64,000 nucleotides of DNA. Origin: Gammaproteobacteria bacterium (GTDB lineage: Bacteria; Pseudomonadota; Gammaproteobacteria; BTQY01). The notes beneath the pieces were generated by a model. It was not told the origin of the DNA. It made no database searches and saw only the letters and a list, made by a program, of their open reading frames with translations. The stretch's first letter is position 1; each line of letters opens with the position of its first letter. The stretch spans positions 43,807 to 107,806 of the forward strand of contig BTQY01000001.1 of NCBI GenBank assembly GCA_036986115.1. The letters run 5' to 3'. Below, piece after piece: positions 48,684-58,036 of the stretch. The position numbers and the translations under genes were made by a program.

Positions 48684-49244
48684 ATGAAAATAAAATTACT
48701 TGTAATACTTCTGCTTGCTATGGCCAGCACACCCAGTTTTGCCAAAGAATTTATTTACCAGGGCAAGGTGAAAGGTATGGTCTGTGCATTTTGTGTTTAT
48801 GGTGTGAGTAAAAGTATTGCAAAGATCCCGGGCGTTAATGCCGAAACGGTTAATGTTGACCTGAAATCGGGTCAAGTGAATTTTCACAGTTCTTCAGAAT
48901 TGAGTTTCAAAAAAGTATCAAGTGTCTTTAAGGGCTCAGGGTTCAAGCTGGTTTCGCTTGAAAAATCCAGTGAGGCGACACACAAAATGGCAAGCTACGA
49001 AAGCAAACCCACATTGGTTTTTAAACTCGCTAACACAGGTATCGATAAATATAGCAGCATCATCGAGTCTATCGGTAACATTGCTGCTGCTGATGCATCC
49101 AAGATAGTCATTACCGCGCCTGAATCAATTGAAATAAAGATATTAAAGCCCATGATTGGCGGCAAACAACAATCCATCCGGGTTCAATATATATTGAAGA
49201 ATGATGACGGAATGAAAATAGAATTATTCCAAAAATCAAATTAA
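48684..49244 (+). CDS. Periplasmic heavy-metal-associated (HMA) domain protein
   Basis: ATG at 48684 (MKIKLLVILLLAMASTPSFA signal peptide). HMA-like GMVCAFC metal-binding motif. Confidence 0.55.
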   Translation: MKIKLLVILLLAMASTPSFAKEFIYQGKVKGMVCAFCVYGVSKSIAKIPGVNAETVNVDLKSGQVNFHSSSELSFKKVSSVFKGSGFKLVSLEKSSEATHKMASYESKPTLVFKLANTGIDKYSSIIESIGNIAAADASKIVITAPESIEIKILKPMIGGKQQSIRVQYILKNDDGMKIELFQKSN

Positions 49245-49543
49245 TGAGTCAGGTCTGTCTGACAATATAACCATACAAAAACAGTCATAATCCGGGAATC
49301 GGGTGAGTAAAGCTTAAAAGGATCTGCCATGCAGTTATGGGGTGTGCATTAGTATCCCGAAAAGTGTTGTTCTTTATCAATATTATTTAATTATTCGAAT
49401 GAATATAATTTATACGTGAAATTATAACAGGGTTATAACTGCGATATTATTACATATTTTTTCTTTTTACTGGCACTGGAACTCCATAGAAGCTGTTGTT
49501 GTCTATACTTACATATTAAAGATTAAGTTAATGGGAAAGATAT

Positions 49544-50020
49544 ATGTCTAAATACAATCGTTTCCGTCGAGCATTCCTGCAGGCCGCCGGGCTTTTCGGT
49601 GCCGGCATGGTCACGACTAAAGTTCAGGCACATCATACTGATTCTCATTTTAACGATTCCTCTGCGCATAAAGTAGTCTTCCAATGCAATAAAGTTGAAC
49701 CAGAGTATCTGGGTCATATTTTGTTTTCAGCGGGAGTGATGCTGAGAAAATATGGTGATGATGTTGAAATAGTTATCACAACATTCGGCCGTGGCGTGAA
49801 CCTGTTGGGAAAGAACCCGATCAGACCTATTTCCAAAGAGCATCAGGAAAGAGCAGGCTCACTGGCTGCTTACGGAGTGGCCTTTCACATCTGTCATAGC
49901 ACCATGAAGTCACTTAACTGGGGCAAAGAAGATATTGTCGCTTATGCCAAGGTCGTACCGGCTGGTGCGATAGACCTGATGGAATTACAGGAAAAGGGAT
50001 TCAGCTACATTAGTGAATAA
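49544..50020 (+). CDS. Tat-exported DsrE/DsrF-like (YchN-fold) protein
   Basis: Twin-arginine motif NRFRRAFLQAAGLFGAG. DsrE-like core (KVVFQCN...AFHICHSTM) with a conserved Cys. Confidence 0.55.
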   Translation: MSKYNRFRRAFLQAAGLFGAGMVTTKVQAHHTDSHFNDSSAHKVVFQCNKVEPEYLGHILFSAGVMLRKYGDDVEIVITTFGRGVNLLGKNPIRPISKEHQERAGSLAAYGVAFHICHSTMKSLNWGKEDIVAYAKVVPAGAIDLMELQEKGFSYISE

Positions 50021-50074
50021 TTTCTGGCCTGGGCTTATACGCACAGAGTAAACATGAACGCGCCAGATTGCTGC

Positions 50075-51202
50075 TCATTCGAAATCTTCCATCTCCAGTT
50101 CACGGTAGACAAAATTAGCATTGGCGCGTTGGTTAAGTTTATACAGGCGTGTACTGCGCCAGTCTTTGAAATCTGTCTGGTCTACCGCGTTTAATAAATC
50201 GACATCATTGGCAATTGCCTTACGCATGGCTGCGCGTAATCTTTTAATATAAGATTGTGTTCGCTTGACCATAGGGAATGGCGATGTTTGCGCACTGCCA
50301 TGACCGGGGATCATTAATTTAACCTTGGCAAATTTCTTCAGTAACCAGTCCTGGGCCTCAATGGCACGCAAAGAATTACCATCACCCATATACGTGGTGC
50401 GCTGATTAAAAGCCAAATCCGAGATCCACACAACTTGTTGCCCTGGTTGGTATACCACCAAATCACCATACGAATGATGTTTGCCAACATTGTAAATTTC
50501 AAATGTTCTGCCGCCAGTCTTTAGCGTATAACTGGAAAACAGTTTGCCGCTAATGGGAATATCAGGACCAACTCCGGCAAATCCAGCCATGTCCGGTTTG
50601 ATAAAGGTACGACGAAAAGCAGCTGAACTATCGATTTTTTCCGAACGAATATAATCCAGTGTCCCGATGTGGGCGATTACCTTAACGCCACCTAGCTGGC
50701 GAAAAGCATTGGCACCGTAGGAATGATCCGGGTGGTTGTGGGTAACAATGAGATATTTGACTGGTTTATTGGTGACCGAACGAATGGTGGCGATCATACG
50801 CTTGCCGAGTTTAGGGGTACCCAGCGAATCGATCACAACCACCCCATCGTTCGTCACTACAAAACCAGCATTGCCATTCCAGCCACGATTGTACTGATCC
50901 ACTTCCGCGATGTTACCAAAGAAAAAATAGGTATCGTTTGCCACCTTAAAATAAGGCAGCGGGGCATCGGCCTTGTCCGTTTCCTTAAGCACGATATTAG
51001 GTATCTCAGTGGTATCGATGGCTTTTTTCGGCACATAATATCGTGATGGATCAGTACCGAAACCATGCGCCACGGGGACAGCCTGTTTATCTGACTGTTT
51101 GTCTGACGCAGCAAATGCGGCACTGAAAAACATCATACACACTGCCGTGAAGAAAAGTGTCTGTCTTTTACTCATCCTGGCATCTGGATTAACCGTTCTC
51201 AT
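50075..51202 (-). CDS. Periplasmic MBL-fold metallo-hydrolase
   Basis: Signal peptide. HxHxDH motif (THNHPDHSYG). Starts 1 bp downstream of the yeeE-like gene, so an operon is likely. Confidence 0.7.
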   Translation of the reverse strand: MRTVNPDARMSKRQTLFFTAVCMMFFSAAFAASDKQSDKQAVPVAHGFGTDPSRYYVPKKAIDTTEIPNIVLKETDKADAPLPYFKVANDTYFFFGNIAEVDQYNRGWNGNAGFVVTNDGVVVIDSLGTPKLGKRMIATIRSVTNKPVKYLIVTHNHPDHSYGANAFRQLGGVKVIAHIGTLDYIRSEKIDSSAAFRRTFIKPDMAGFAGVGPDIPISGKLFSSYTLKTGGRTFEIYNVGKHHSYGDLVVYQPGQQVVWISDLAFNQRTTYMGDGNSLRAIEAQDWLLKKFAKVKLMIPGHGSAQTSPFPMVKRTQSYIKRLRAAMRKAIANDVDLLNAVDQTDFKDWRSTRLYKLNQRANANFVYRELEMEDFE

Positions 51203-51203
51203 A

Positions 51204-52409
51204 TTAACTTACCTGTTTCAGTTTTCCTATACGCGGTATCAAACGAACATCGGCCAGTGCTGCCAGTAATGCATCCATCACACTGGCGTCCTCATAGACC
51301 ATACGATAGTATTCAAACTTCATCGTTATCGCACAGCCAAGAATAAATGATGCAAAGGCAACCAGCGAACCCAATGCAAGGGTAGAGAAACCTGTAATTC
51401 CCTGTCCAAAGGTACAACCCATTGCCAGCACACCACCGATACCCATTAATATGCCACCAAAAAGATAACGTACGAGATCCTTCATCGAACTAAACCATTC
51501 AAATCGCAGGTTGCCGGTAAATAAAGCATAGATAAAGGAACCCACAATCACACCAACAAGAATAGCAACACCGAAAGTAATCAGTGATATTTCCAGAGGA
51601 TTAGCAAGATAATAGAGCGTTTCACCCATTGGATTAACAAAAGTGAATGACATGGCGCCGACACCCGGTGGTGGTGAGTCCATAAAACTGGCGGCCTCAA
51701 CCGCCTCCTGACCTAATGGTCCAGCTGTAACGTACCAGCCGGCCACAACTATCAGGCCAACGACTGTCCCACCTAATATATTATCGAAGCGACTGAGGAA
51801 ATCACGCGAACGAAAAATAAAGTACAGGAACGTCAGTATAATTAATGCGGCTGCCAATGGGTGAAACCAGTTACTGTCTGCGACACCGAACAGACTGCCC
51901 ACCATTGTGGTGATCTGTTGACTATTCATGCCATAATTTTGCAAATCAATCGTCAATGGTGACATCCAGATATGAAAACCGTAATGATAGAAATCCGTCT
52001 TGGTCATCAGGAAGGCAAAAATCCCACCGATAAACAACACAAACAACGACTTCATATTACCGCCACCGATACGAATCAGCGTCTTGTTGACGCAACCACC
52101 TGCCAGCGTCATGCCAACACCAAAAATAAGGCCACCCAGCAAATAACGGATCCAGGCAAAATTGGCGGTGCGATACGGTGGCATGGTCATATCAAGATTG
52201 ATGATGCCGAGTTGTTCAAGCAACAGGACCCCAGACATGGCAACAGCAATAGCTAATAGCCATGCATACATTCGCCCCTTATCGCCCATATTGACCCAGT
52301 CTGAAATCGCCCCCATGGTGCAGAAATTGGTTTTGTGAACCACGATACCCAGAACTACTGCCAGGCTAAAACCTGACAAAATGACATACCATATTGATGC
52401 GCCTTCCAT
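51204..52409 (-). CDS. YeeE/YedE-family inner-membrane transporter (thiosulfate/sulfur-compound TsuA-like), two-repeat form
   Basis: Two conserved Cys-loop motifs (NFCTMGAIS and AMGCTFGQG). About 10 transmembrane segments. Confidence 0.8.
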   Translation of the reverse strand: MEGASIWYVILSGFSLAVVLGIVVHKTNFCTMGAISDWVNMGDKGRMYAWLLAIAVAMSGVLLLEQLGIINLDMTMPPYRTANFAWIRYLLGGLIFGVGMTLAGGCVNKTLIRIGGGNMKSLFVLFIGGIFAFLMTKTDFYHYGFHIWMSPLTIDLQNYGMNSQQITTMVGSLFGVADSNWFHPLAAALIILTFLYFIFRSRDFLSRFDNILGGTVVGLIVVAGWYVTAGPLGQEAVEAASFMDSPPPGVGAMSFTFVNPMGETLYYLANPLEISLITFGVAILVGVIVGSFIYALFTGNLRFEWFSSMKDLVRYLFGGILMGIGGVLAMGCTFGQGITGFSTLALGSLVAFASFILGCAITMKFEYYRMVYEDASVMDALLAALADVRLIPRIGKLKQVS

Positions 52410-52715
52410 TAAGTTCTCCTGTTACATGTTAGCTGTACTATTCTGATTGCAGCGTTTAAGTTTATGCCTGACCTGTTGCCCTGTTAGCTGATGGCCAATG
52501 CGTACGAGCCGCAGGTTTTAGCCTCATTTCATTATATTAATCGTTTTAATTTTAATTCACTACAACCACTATATGGCTTTCACCTTGAATATTATGGGGA
52601 TTTTGCCAATAACCAGCTAATTGCCTGGTATCAACTGCCCAGATGACAGCCATATTGCAACAGGATGCAAATAATTTCCTGTTTTAACATCGAGTTACGC
52701 ACTCATTAAATCATA

Positions 52716-52747
52716 AGGGTAGAACCTATGTGCAGCTCACAGGTCAA
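52716..52747 (-). promoter_or_regulatory. MerR-family-type promoter (element D): TTGACC-N20-TACCCT with dyad ACCTGTGAGCTGCACATAGGT
   Basis: On the minus strand, -35 is at 52742-52747 and -10 at 52716-52721. 8 of 10 dyad pairs are complementary. About 300-nt leader to the yeeE start. Confidence 0.55.
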
Positions 52748-52890
52748 GGATTTCCTGATCCTGGCTAATCAGTATTCCTGAAAAATATTAGTACAAGTCA
52801 GCAGTAGTGAGTATAAAATCAGCCTGATGGTCTTAACGGCAGTGTATAAATCAATCTGAATACCATCCCATCATGCAGAATCCCATGTCA

Positions 52891-53802
52891 TCATTTCTCA
52901 CTGGACTTGCCAAGATTCGTGTTTTCCAACGGGAGCAGCCTTACGTTCCAACGCCTTAACGCGGCATCATCCACTCGCAGGTTGCGGTAACCTGCTGCAT
53001 AGAACATGGCATAATTAAATGCTGAGCCAGTGCCACCCAGACAGGTCAGCAGCATCGGCCTGTCGGGATTGATTTTCATGCGTGCGAGCAGCCCTGGTAT
53101 TTTCGGTGCCTTGGCATACAACCGTCCATTGTCGGCCTTGCGCATGTAATCCTCCCATGGCTGATTGACGCTACCCGGGATGCGCCCGTAACGCGGATTG
53201 GCCTGAAACTTGCTTAATCCTTCAAAGTGGGTTGCTGGCCGGCCATCCACCAGTAAATAATGTTCGCGTATTTTGGCTAGTTCATCTGTTGTAATTTCCA
53301 GCGCAAGTATTGGTCGTGCGACGAAGTTGCCCGCCTGAACAGCATCGCTGTCATCTTCTATCGGACCATCAGCGGCTAACCAGCCATGCCATCCTTCATC
53401 GAGCACGCCGACGTTGGTATATCCCAACAAGTGAAACAGCCAGTACAGATAGAATGCGCCCAATATTTCATCTGTGTTGTTACCTTTGTAGTAAATCACC
53501 ACACCATCGTTATCGTTAATACCCAGTTTACGGATTTTATCTGCCAGCTTGTCAACCGATAAGCGCACCAGCGCCCCATCGCTGTCGACATAACGCCATG
53601 CGCTTTTGTTGGTAACCACACTACCCGGTATATGCCCATTAAAAGTAAAGTCCACCTCATCAGATACTTCAATAATTGCCAGGTCAGTCTGATTTATATT
53701 GTTAATCAGCCATTGCGGACTAACGCTTGCTGGCACTGATACCGCAAAGCTCTGGCCGGAGATGAGCAAACACGCAGTTACTATCATGAACCGATATTTC
53801 AT
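52891..53802 (-). CDS. Periplasmic tandem-rhodanese sulfurtransferase
   Basis: Signal peptide. Two rhodanese domains (GHIPGSV...; active-site loop LTCLGGTGSA). Confidence 0.75.
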   Translation of the reverse strand: MKYRFMIVTACLLISGQSFAVSVPASVSPQWLINNINQTDLAIIEVSDEVDFTFNGHIPGSVVTNKSAWRYVDSDGALVRLSVDKLADKIRKLGINDNDGVVIYYKGNNTDEILGAFYLYWLFHLLGYTNVGVLDEGWHGWLAADGPIEDDSDAVQAGNFVARPILALEITTDELAKIREHYLLVDGRPATHFEGLSKFQANPRYGRIPGSVNQPWEDYMRKADNGRLYAKAPKIPGLLARMKINPDRPMLLTCLGGTGSAFNYAMFYAAGYRNLRVDDAALRRWNVRLLPLENTNLGKSSEK

Positions 53803-54291
53803 ATGGCTTCCTAATGGTGCGGTGAAGAGTAACTACAACTATAAACTTACCAATACGGTAATTTCAACTTCCCTCACTTCGTGCAGCAAAAACGTTTTAT
53901 AGCGGTGCCCAAATCAAGGCAGAAAACCAGCCATAGCAAGCAACATCCTGAATCAGGTTAGTTGGCTGAGGCCCGTTCAGAGCAGTTTCCCTCGGGCATG
54001 AAATCCGCCTGCTCTTTCTGCCTTTTTCATCATAGATAAATACTTCAATCTCGTGAACGGTGCCCGGGTTTTTGGTTTCATAGCGGCCAATATCCGGGAC
54101 AGCCAGCCGTCGCCAGTGCCAGGGTCGCGAAGTTGGCACAGTTTTTTAAGGCCTTGCCCGGCATTCTCGGTAGTTCTTTGAATTGTTTGTAAATATTGGA
54201 TATATTTACTGTGGTTTTTCGTCAGTACGCATATTCTGTCAGACGTCCGTGACAGGGATTTATTTCATCTCAAACGGTAAAGGTAGAAAAG

Positions 54292-54323
54292 CTTGACCTA
54301 TGCCTAACGTACAGGTTATAGAC
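54292..54323 (+). promoter_or_regulatory. MerR-family-type promoter (element E): TTGACC-N20-TAGACT with dyad ACCTATGCCTAACGTACAGGT
   Basis: -35 at 54292-54297. -10 at 54318-54323. About 60 nt upstream of the cfa AAGGAGG/ATG. Confidence 0.5.
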
Positions 54324-54387
54324 TTACCCATAGAGTAGCAAAACACAGCCGTTTCCTGATATTGATCTCACTGTAAGGAGGCAACAA

Positions 54388-55734
54388 ATGGAATCCACAG
54401 AAAAAAAATTCAATGCGCTCCAGACCACTGCGCTCACCGGTGTTTCAGCCACTTCAACAAGTGACAGTCTCTCGAAAATTGGCGCTGAGATTGTTTCAAC
54501 GCTTCTCGCGGATTACCGTGGCGATATCGCCATTCGACTCTGGGACGGCACGCTTGCACACGGTACATTTGATGCGCCCTGTACCGTTGTTTTCAAAAAA
54601 CCTGGTGCATTGCGCGAACTGATCCTGCACCGAAGTTTGCTGCGGCTCGCAGACAGCTATCTTAGCGGTGACATTGACGTGGAAGGCGATCTGGAGACCC
54701 TGTTTGAGCTCCAGACGACCCTGGCCAACCTGCATCTGTCCCTGGGTACCCGGCTGCACCTGTTGTATCAGGCCCTGCGGCTGCCGAGGCGGGCCCGCAA
54801 CGGCGCTACGCGCAGTTGGCGTGCAAAAAGGTCCGAGCATCAGAATTCCCAGGCCAGCATCGCGCACCATTACGATGTGAGCAACAATTTCTACCAGCTC
54901 TGGCTGGACCCGGAAATGGTGTACTCCTGTGCCTATTTCAGTTCCACCGATCAATCCCTGGCCGGGGCACAGCAGGATAAACTGGATTACTTGTGTCGCA
55001 AGTTGCGGCTGGAGCCGGGACAGACACTGCTGGATGTCGGCTGTGGCTGGGGTGCGCTGGCCTTGTGGGCTGCGCGCCATTACGGGGTGCAGGTACACGG
55101 CATCACGCTCAGTCAGGAGCAGCAACGATTTGCACAGGAGCGGGTGCGTGCCACCGGCCTGGAACAGCAGGTCCGTATCGAATTGCTGGATTATCGTGAT
55201 CTGCCGGAGGATGCACAATATGACCGCGTGGTCAGTGTCGGCATGTTTGAGCATGTTGGCGTCAAGAACTTCCCGACCTATTTCGGCACCGTCCGACGGG
55301 TACTCAAGCCCAATGGCCTGTTTCTGAATCACGGTATTACCAGTGAGACGGGCTGGGAACGCTCGACACTGACCCGCTTCATGAACCGCTATATCTTTCC
55401 AGATGGTGAACTGGCGCGTATCAGTGACGTGACCGCCGCGATGGAACTCGCCGGTTTCGAAACCCTGGATGTCGAAGGCCTGCGCCTGCATTATGCACTG
55501 ACCCTGCGCCACTGGGTGCGTGTACTGGAGGCAAAACGTGACCAGGCAATACGCTATTCGAGTGAAGTGACATACCGGTTATGGCGGTTATATATGGCTG
55601 GCTGTGCCTTTTATTTCGATGAGGGCAGCACCGGCCTGTACCAGGTCCTGGCGGGTCACCAGCACCACTTGCAACCCGTACCGCTGCGGCGTGATGATCT
55701 TTACAGGCACCGTAGTGTTGATCGGGATAGGTAG
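54388..55734 (+). CDS. cfa: Cyclopropane-fatty-acyl-phospholipid synthase family methyltransferase
   Basis: SAM-binding motif LLDVGCGWGALALWAA. 448 aa. Strong ribosome-binding site. Confidence 0.85.
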   Translation: MESTEKKFNALQTTALTGVSATSTSDSLSKIGAEIVSTLLADYRGDIAIRLWDGTLAHGTFDAPCTVVFKKPGALRELILHRSLLRLADSYLSGDIDVEGDLETLFELQTTLANLHLSLGTRLHLLYQALRLPRRARNGATRSWRAKRSEHQNSQASIAHHYDVSNNFYQLWLDPEMVYSCAYFSSTDQSLAGAQQDKLDYLCRKLRLEPGQTLLDVGCGWGALALWAARHYGVQVHGITLSQEQQRFAQERVRATGLEQQVRIELLDYRDLPEDAQYDRVVSVGMFEHVGVKNFPTYFGTVRRVLKPNGLFLNHGITSETGWERSTLTRFMNRYIFPDGELARISDVTAAMELAGFETLDVEGLRLHYALTLRHWVRVLEAKRDQAIRYSSEVTYRLWRLYMAGCAFYFDEGSTGLYQVLAGHQHHLQPVPLRRDDLYRHRSVDRDR

Positions 55735-55736
55735 TC

Positions 55737-56423
55737 ATGGGACAGGAATATGCCTACGGCATGTGGGTGATCGCGGTATTTAATGTCGGCCTGTTCCTGT
55801 TTTTCTTTTTAGGTTTTCTGCCGCCGAAGGGATTCGCGGAATGGCGCAACCTGGGTGTGGTTACTGCATTTCTGCTGGCACTGTTCAGCGAAATGTACGG
55901 CTTTCCGCTGACCATCTATCTGCTCACCGGTTGGCTGGGTGATGCCTATCCTGTTCTGCAACCATTCAACCATAAATTCGGCCATCTGTGGGTGGTGGCT
56001 TTTGGTGGTTCTACGCTGGCCTGGGCACTGGTAATGGGTACCAGTCTGGTGTTGATGGTGGCTGGCTATCTGCTGCTTTCCAGGGGCTGGCAGCAAGTGC
56101 ATAGTGCACGCGGACGCATGCTCACAGAAGGCCACTATGCCTACATGCGGCATCCACAGTACACCGGTCTGTTTCTGGTCATTAGCGGTTTCCTGGTGCA
56201 ATGGCCGACACTGCTGACAATATTGATGGCGCCAATACTGCTATATGCCTATGTGCGTCTGGCGTATTCTGAGGAACGTCACATGTTGAAGCAATTTGGC
56301 GAACAGTATGCAGACTATATGCACCGGGTGCCGGGATTCTTTCCGCCCTGGTATCAATGGAAAGCGCTCTTTACGACACCGGTGCCGCCGGCGCTGAAGG
56401 TGTCGGGGAAATGGGGAGCATGA
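55737..56423 (+). CDS. Membrane methyltransferase of the PEMT/ICMT family (phospholipid or isoprenylcysteine methyltransferase-like)
   Basis: Polytopic. C-terminal motif RHPQYTG...EE is typical of the ICMT/PEMT family. Starts 2 bp after the cfa stop. Confidence 0.65.
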   Translation: MGQEYAYGMWVIAVFNVGLFLFFFLGFLPPKGFAEWRNLGVVTAFLLALFSEMYGFPLTIYLLTGWLGDAYPVLQPFNHKFGHLWVVAFGGSTLAWALVMGTSLVLMVAGYLLLSRGWQQVHSARGRMLTEGHYAYMRHPQYTGLFLVISGFLVQWPTLLTILMAPILLYAYVRLAYSEERHMLKQFGEQYADYMHRVPGFFPPWYQWKALFTTPVPPALKVSGKWGA

Positions 56424-56457
56424 CTAAATATGCCGGCGGCATGCCGGTCAGGAGGTA

Positions 56458-56757
56458 ATGATGGAAGGTTTACTCTCATTTCTTGTCATCGGTGGTCTGT
56501 TCTTTCTCATGATGCGCCACGGTTGCGGTGCGCACATGGGCCGCGGGGGTCATGGTGGCCATAGCCATGGAGCAGACAGCGAAGTAAAAGCAACTGATCC
56601 GGTGTGCGGCATGGAAGTTGATGTGAACCAGGGCTATGGGAAGATGCACGATGGTCAGCTATACCGGTTCTGTTCCCGTAATTGTCTCGACCAGTTTGAG
56701 GCTGAGCCTGAAAAATATCTGCATCAAGTGGTTGAAAGTACTGGAGGTGAGCAATGA
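56458..56757 (+). CDS. YHS-domain metal-binding protein with a His-rich N-terminal segment
   Basis: Transmembrane helix. HMGRGGHGGHSHG. YHS/TRASH motif DPVCGMEVD...RFCSRNC. Confidence 0.6.
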   Translation: MMEGLLSFLVIGGLFFLMMRHGCGAHMGRGGHGGHSHGADSEVKATDPVCGMEVDVNQGYGKMHDGQLYRFCSRNCLDQFEAEPEKYLHQVVESTGGEQ

Positions 56758-57023
56758 AAACTGGAATTTCACTGCTGGCGGTCGGCCATGCCAGCAGTCT
56801 GCTACTGGCCATAACATTCACACTTTGTGTATTGTGGGATCTGCTGTTGCCGGAGTATGCGATGTATACCGCCTGGCGTACTCTGCTGCCCGGCTTTGAA
56901 TGGTTGAGCTTGCAGAGTTTCATCCTGGGGTTCGTTGAAACCTGGGCCTACGGCTGGTTGTTCGCGCTGATCTGGGTACCGATCTATAATTTCTTTGCGG
57001 CGCGCGAAAAGATCGCCAGCTAA
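56754..57023 (+). CDS. Small hydrophobic membrane protein (function unknown)
   Basis: The start codon overlaps the YHS gene stop (ATGA). Two or three predicted transmembrane segments. Confidence 0.4.
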   Translation: MKTGISLLAVGHASSLLLAITFTLCVLWDLLLPEYAMYTAWRTLLPGFEWLSLQSFILGFVETWAYGWLFALIWVPIYNFFAAREKIAS

Positions 57024-57030
57024 ATGCGGC

Positions 57031-58005
57031 ATGCAAGGGCAGGAATCTAACGATCCCGCGACACCTCGCATCGGCGTTGTGCTGAGTTCCGGCGGTGTGC
57101 GTGGCGTGTTTGCACACACCGGGTTTATGCAGGCAATACAGGGCATGGGGATCCCGGTGTCCGCCAGTGCCGGTTGCAGTGCCGGTGCCCTGGTCAGTGG
57201 TGTTCTCGCCAGCGGTACTTTACTGGAGCACTGGCTCGAGACCATGGCCAGAATTACCAGCCGCTCCTTCTGGACACCGGACTCACTGCCTCGTTTTCTC
57301 TGGGAAATGACCGCACACAGGGGACGCGGCTATACCGGCCTGTCGCGCACAAATGCTGCCCTGCAATTTACCCGCGACAACCTTTCCGTGAATACCTTTG
57401 AGGAATGCCTGTACCCGTTTCATGTCCTGGCCATTAATCTGGGCACCGGCAAGAAGGTGGTGTTCTCCGAAGGTGAACTTGCCCCGCGCATAACGGCCAG
57501 CGCCGCCATGCCAATCTTTTATGACCCCGTCAGGATCGATGGCGAATACTATTGTGATGGCGCCTTGATTGATTTTGCACCGACCGATTCCATTTGCTGC
57601 CGTCATCAACTTGATGTGGTTATTGTCCATGATGTGTCCCAGCATTTCGGCCTCCACCGTGATCTGGATATGGCCCTGCAGGACAACTGGGCGATGCTGG
57701 AGATCGTCAATCGCCTGGTGTATCGGGAAAAGCCCTGGTATTTGTCCGGTGAACCGCTGTCTTTGCACCACTGTCCCTGCGGTTGTGGGGCGATCGTGAT
57801 TGCGATCGAGCCCGAACTCCTGCCGATGCGCTGGCCAGTGACCAAAGGCGGTGATAAGGCCCAATGTCTTGTCAGGGAGCAGGTCGAGGCACTGTTGCAG
57901 CCTTATTTACAGGCAATATTGACCGATCCACGCAAACAGTTGCCGTTGTCCGGAAATACCGTGACTAAGCCGGCTGGCGAGTGCGGAAAGTGTGATAGCC
58001 ACTAA
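57031..58005 (+). CDS. Patatin-like phospholipase
   Basis: GxGxxG (SSGGVRGV), GxSxG nucleophile elbow (AGCSAG) and DGA catalytic Asp (YCDGALIDF). An alternative start lies at 56995. Confidence 0.8.
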   Translation: MQGQESNDPATPRIGVVLSSGGVRGVFAHTGFMQAIQGMGIPVSASAGCSAGALVSGVLASGTLLEHWLETMARITSRSFWTPDSLPRFLWEMTAHRGRGYTGLSRTNAALQFTRDNLSVNTFEECLYPFHVLAINLGTGKKVVFSEGELAPRITASAAMPIFYDPVRIDGEYYCDGALIDFAPTDSICCRHQLDVVIVHDVSQHFGLHRDLDMALQDNWAMLEIVNRLVYREKPWYLSGEPLSLHHCPCGCGAIVIAIEPELLPMRWPVTKGGDKAQCLVREQVEALLQPYLQAILTDPRKQLPLSGNTVTKPAGECGKCDSH

Positions 58006-58036
58006 TCGAACAGAATATTTTTTTCAGGCAAATTAG

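Noticed and set aside
54496-55512. 338-aa minus-strand ORF antisense to cfa
   Set aside because: It is fully contained in the cfa gene, which has a SAM-motif frame and a strong ribosome-binding site. It is a shadow ORF in a GC-rich segment.
57283-57864. 193-aa minus-strand ORF antisense to the patatin gene
   Set aside because: It is contained within the patatin-like phospholipase frame, which has GxSxG/DGA motifs.
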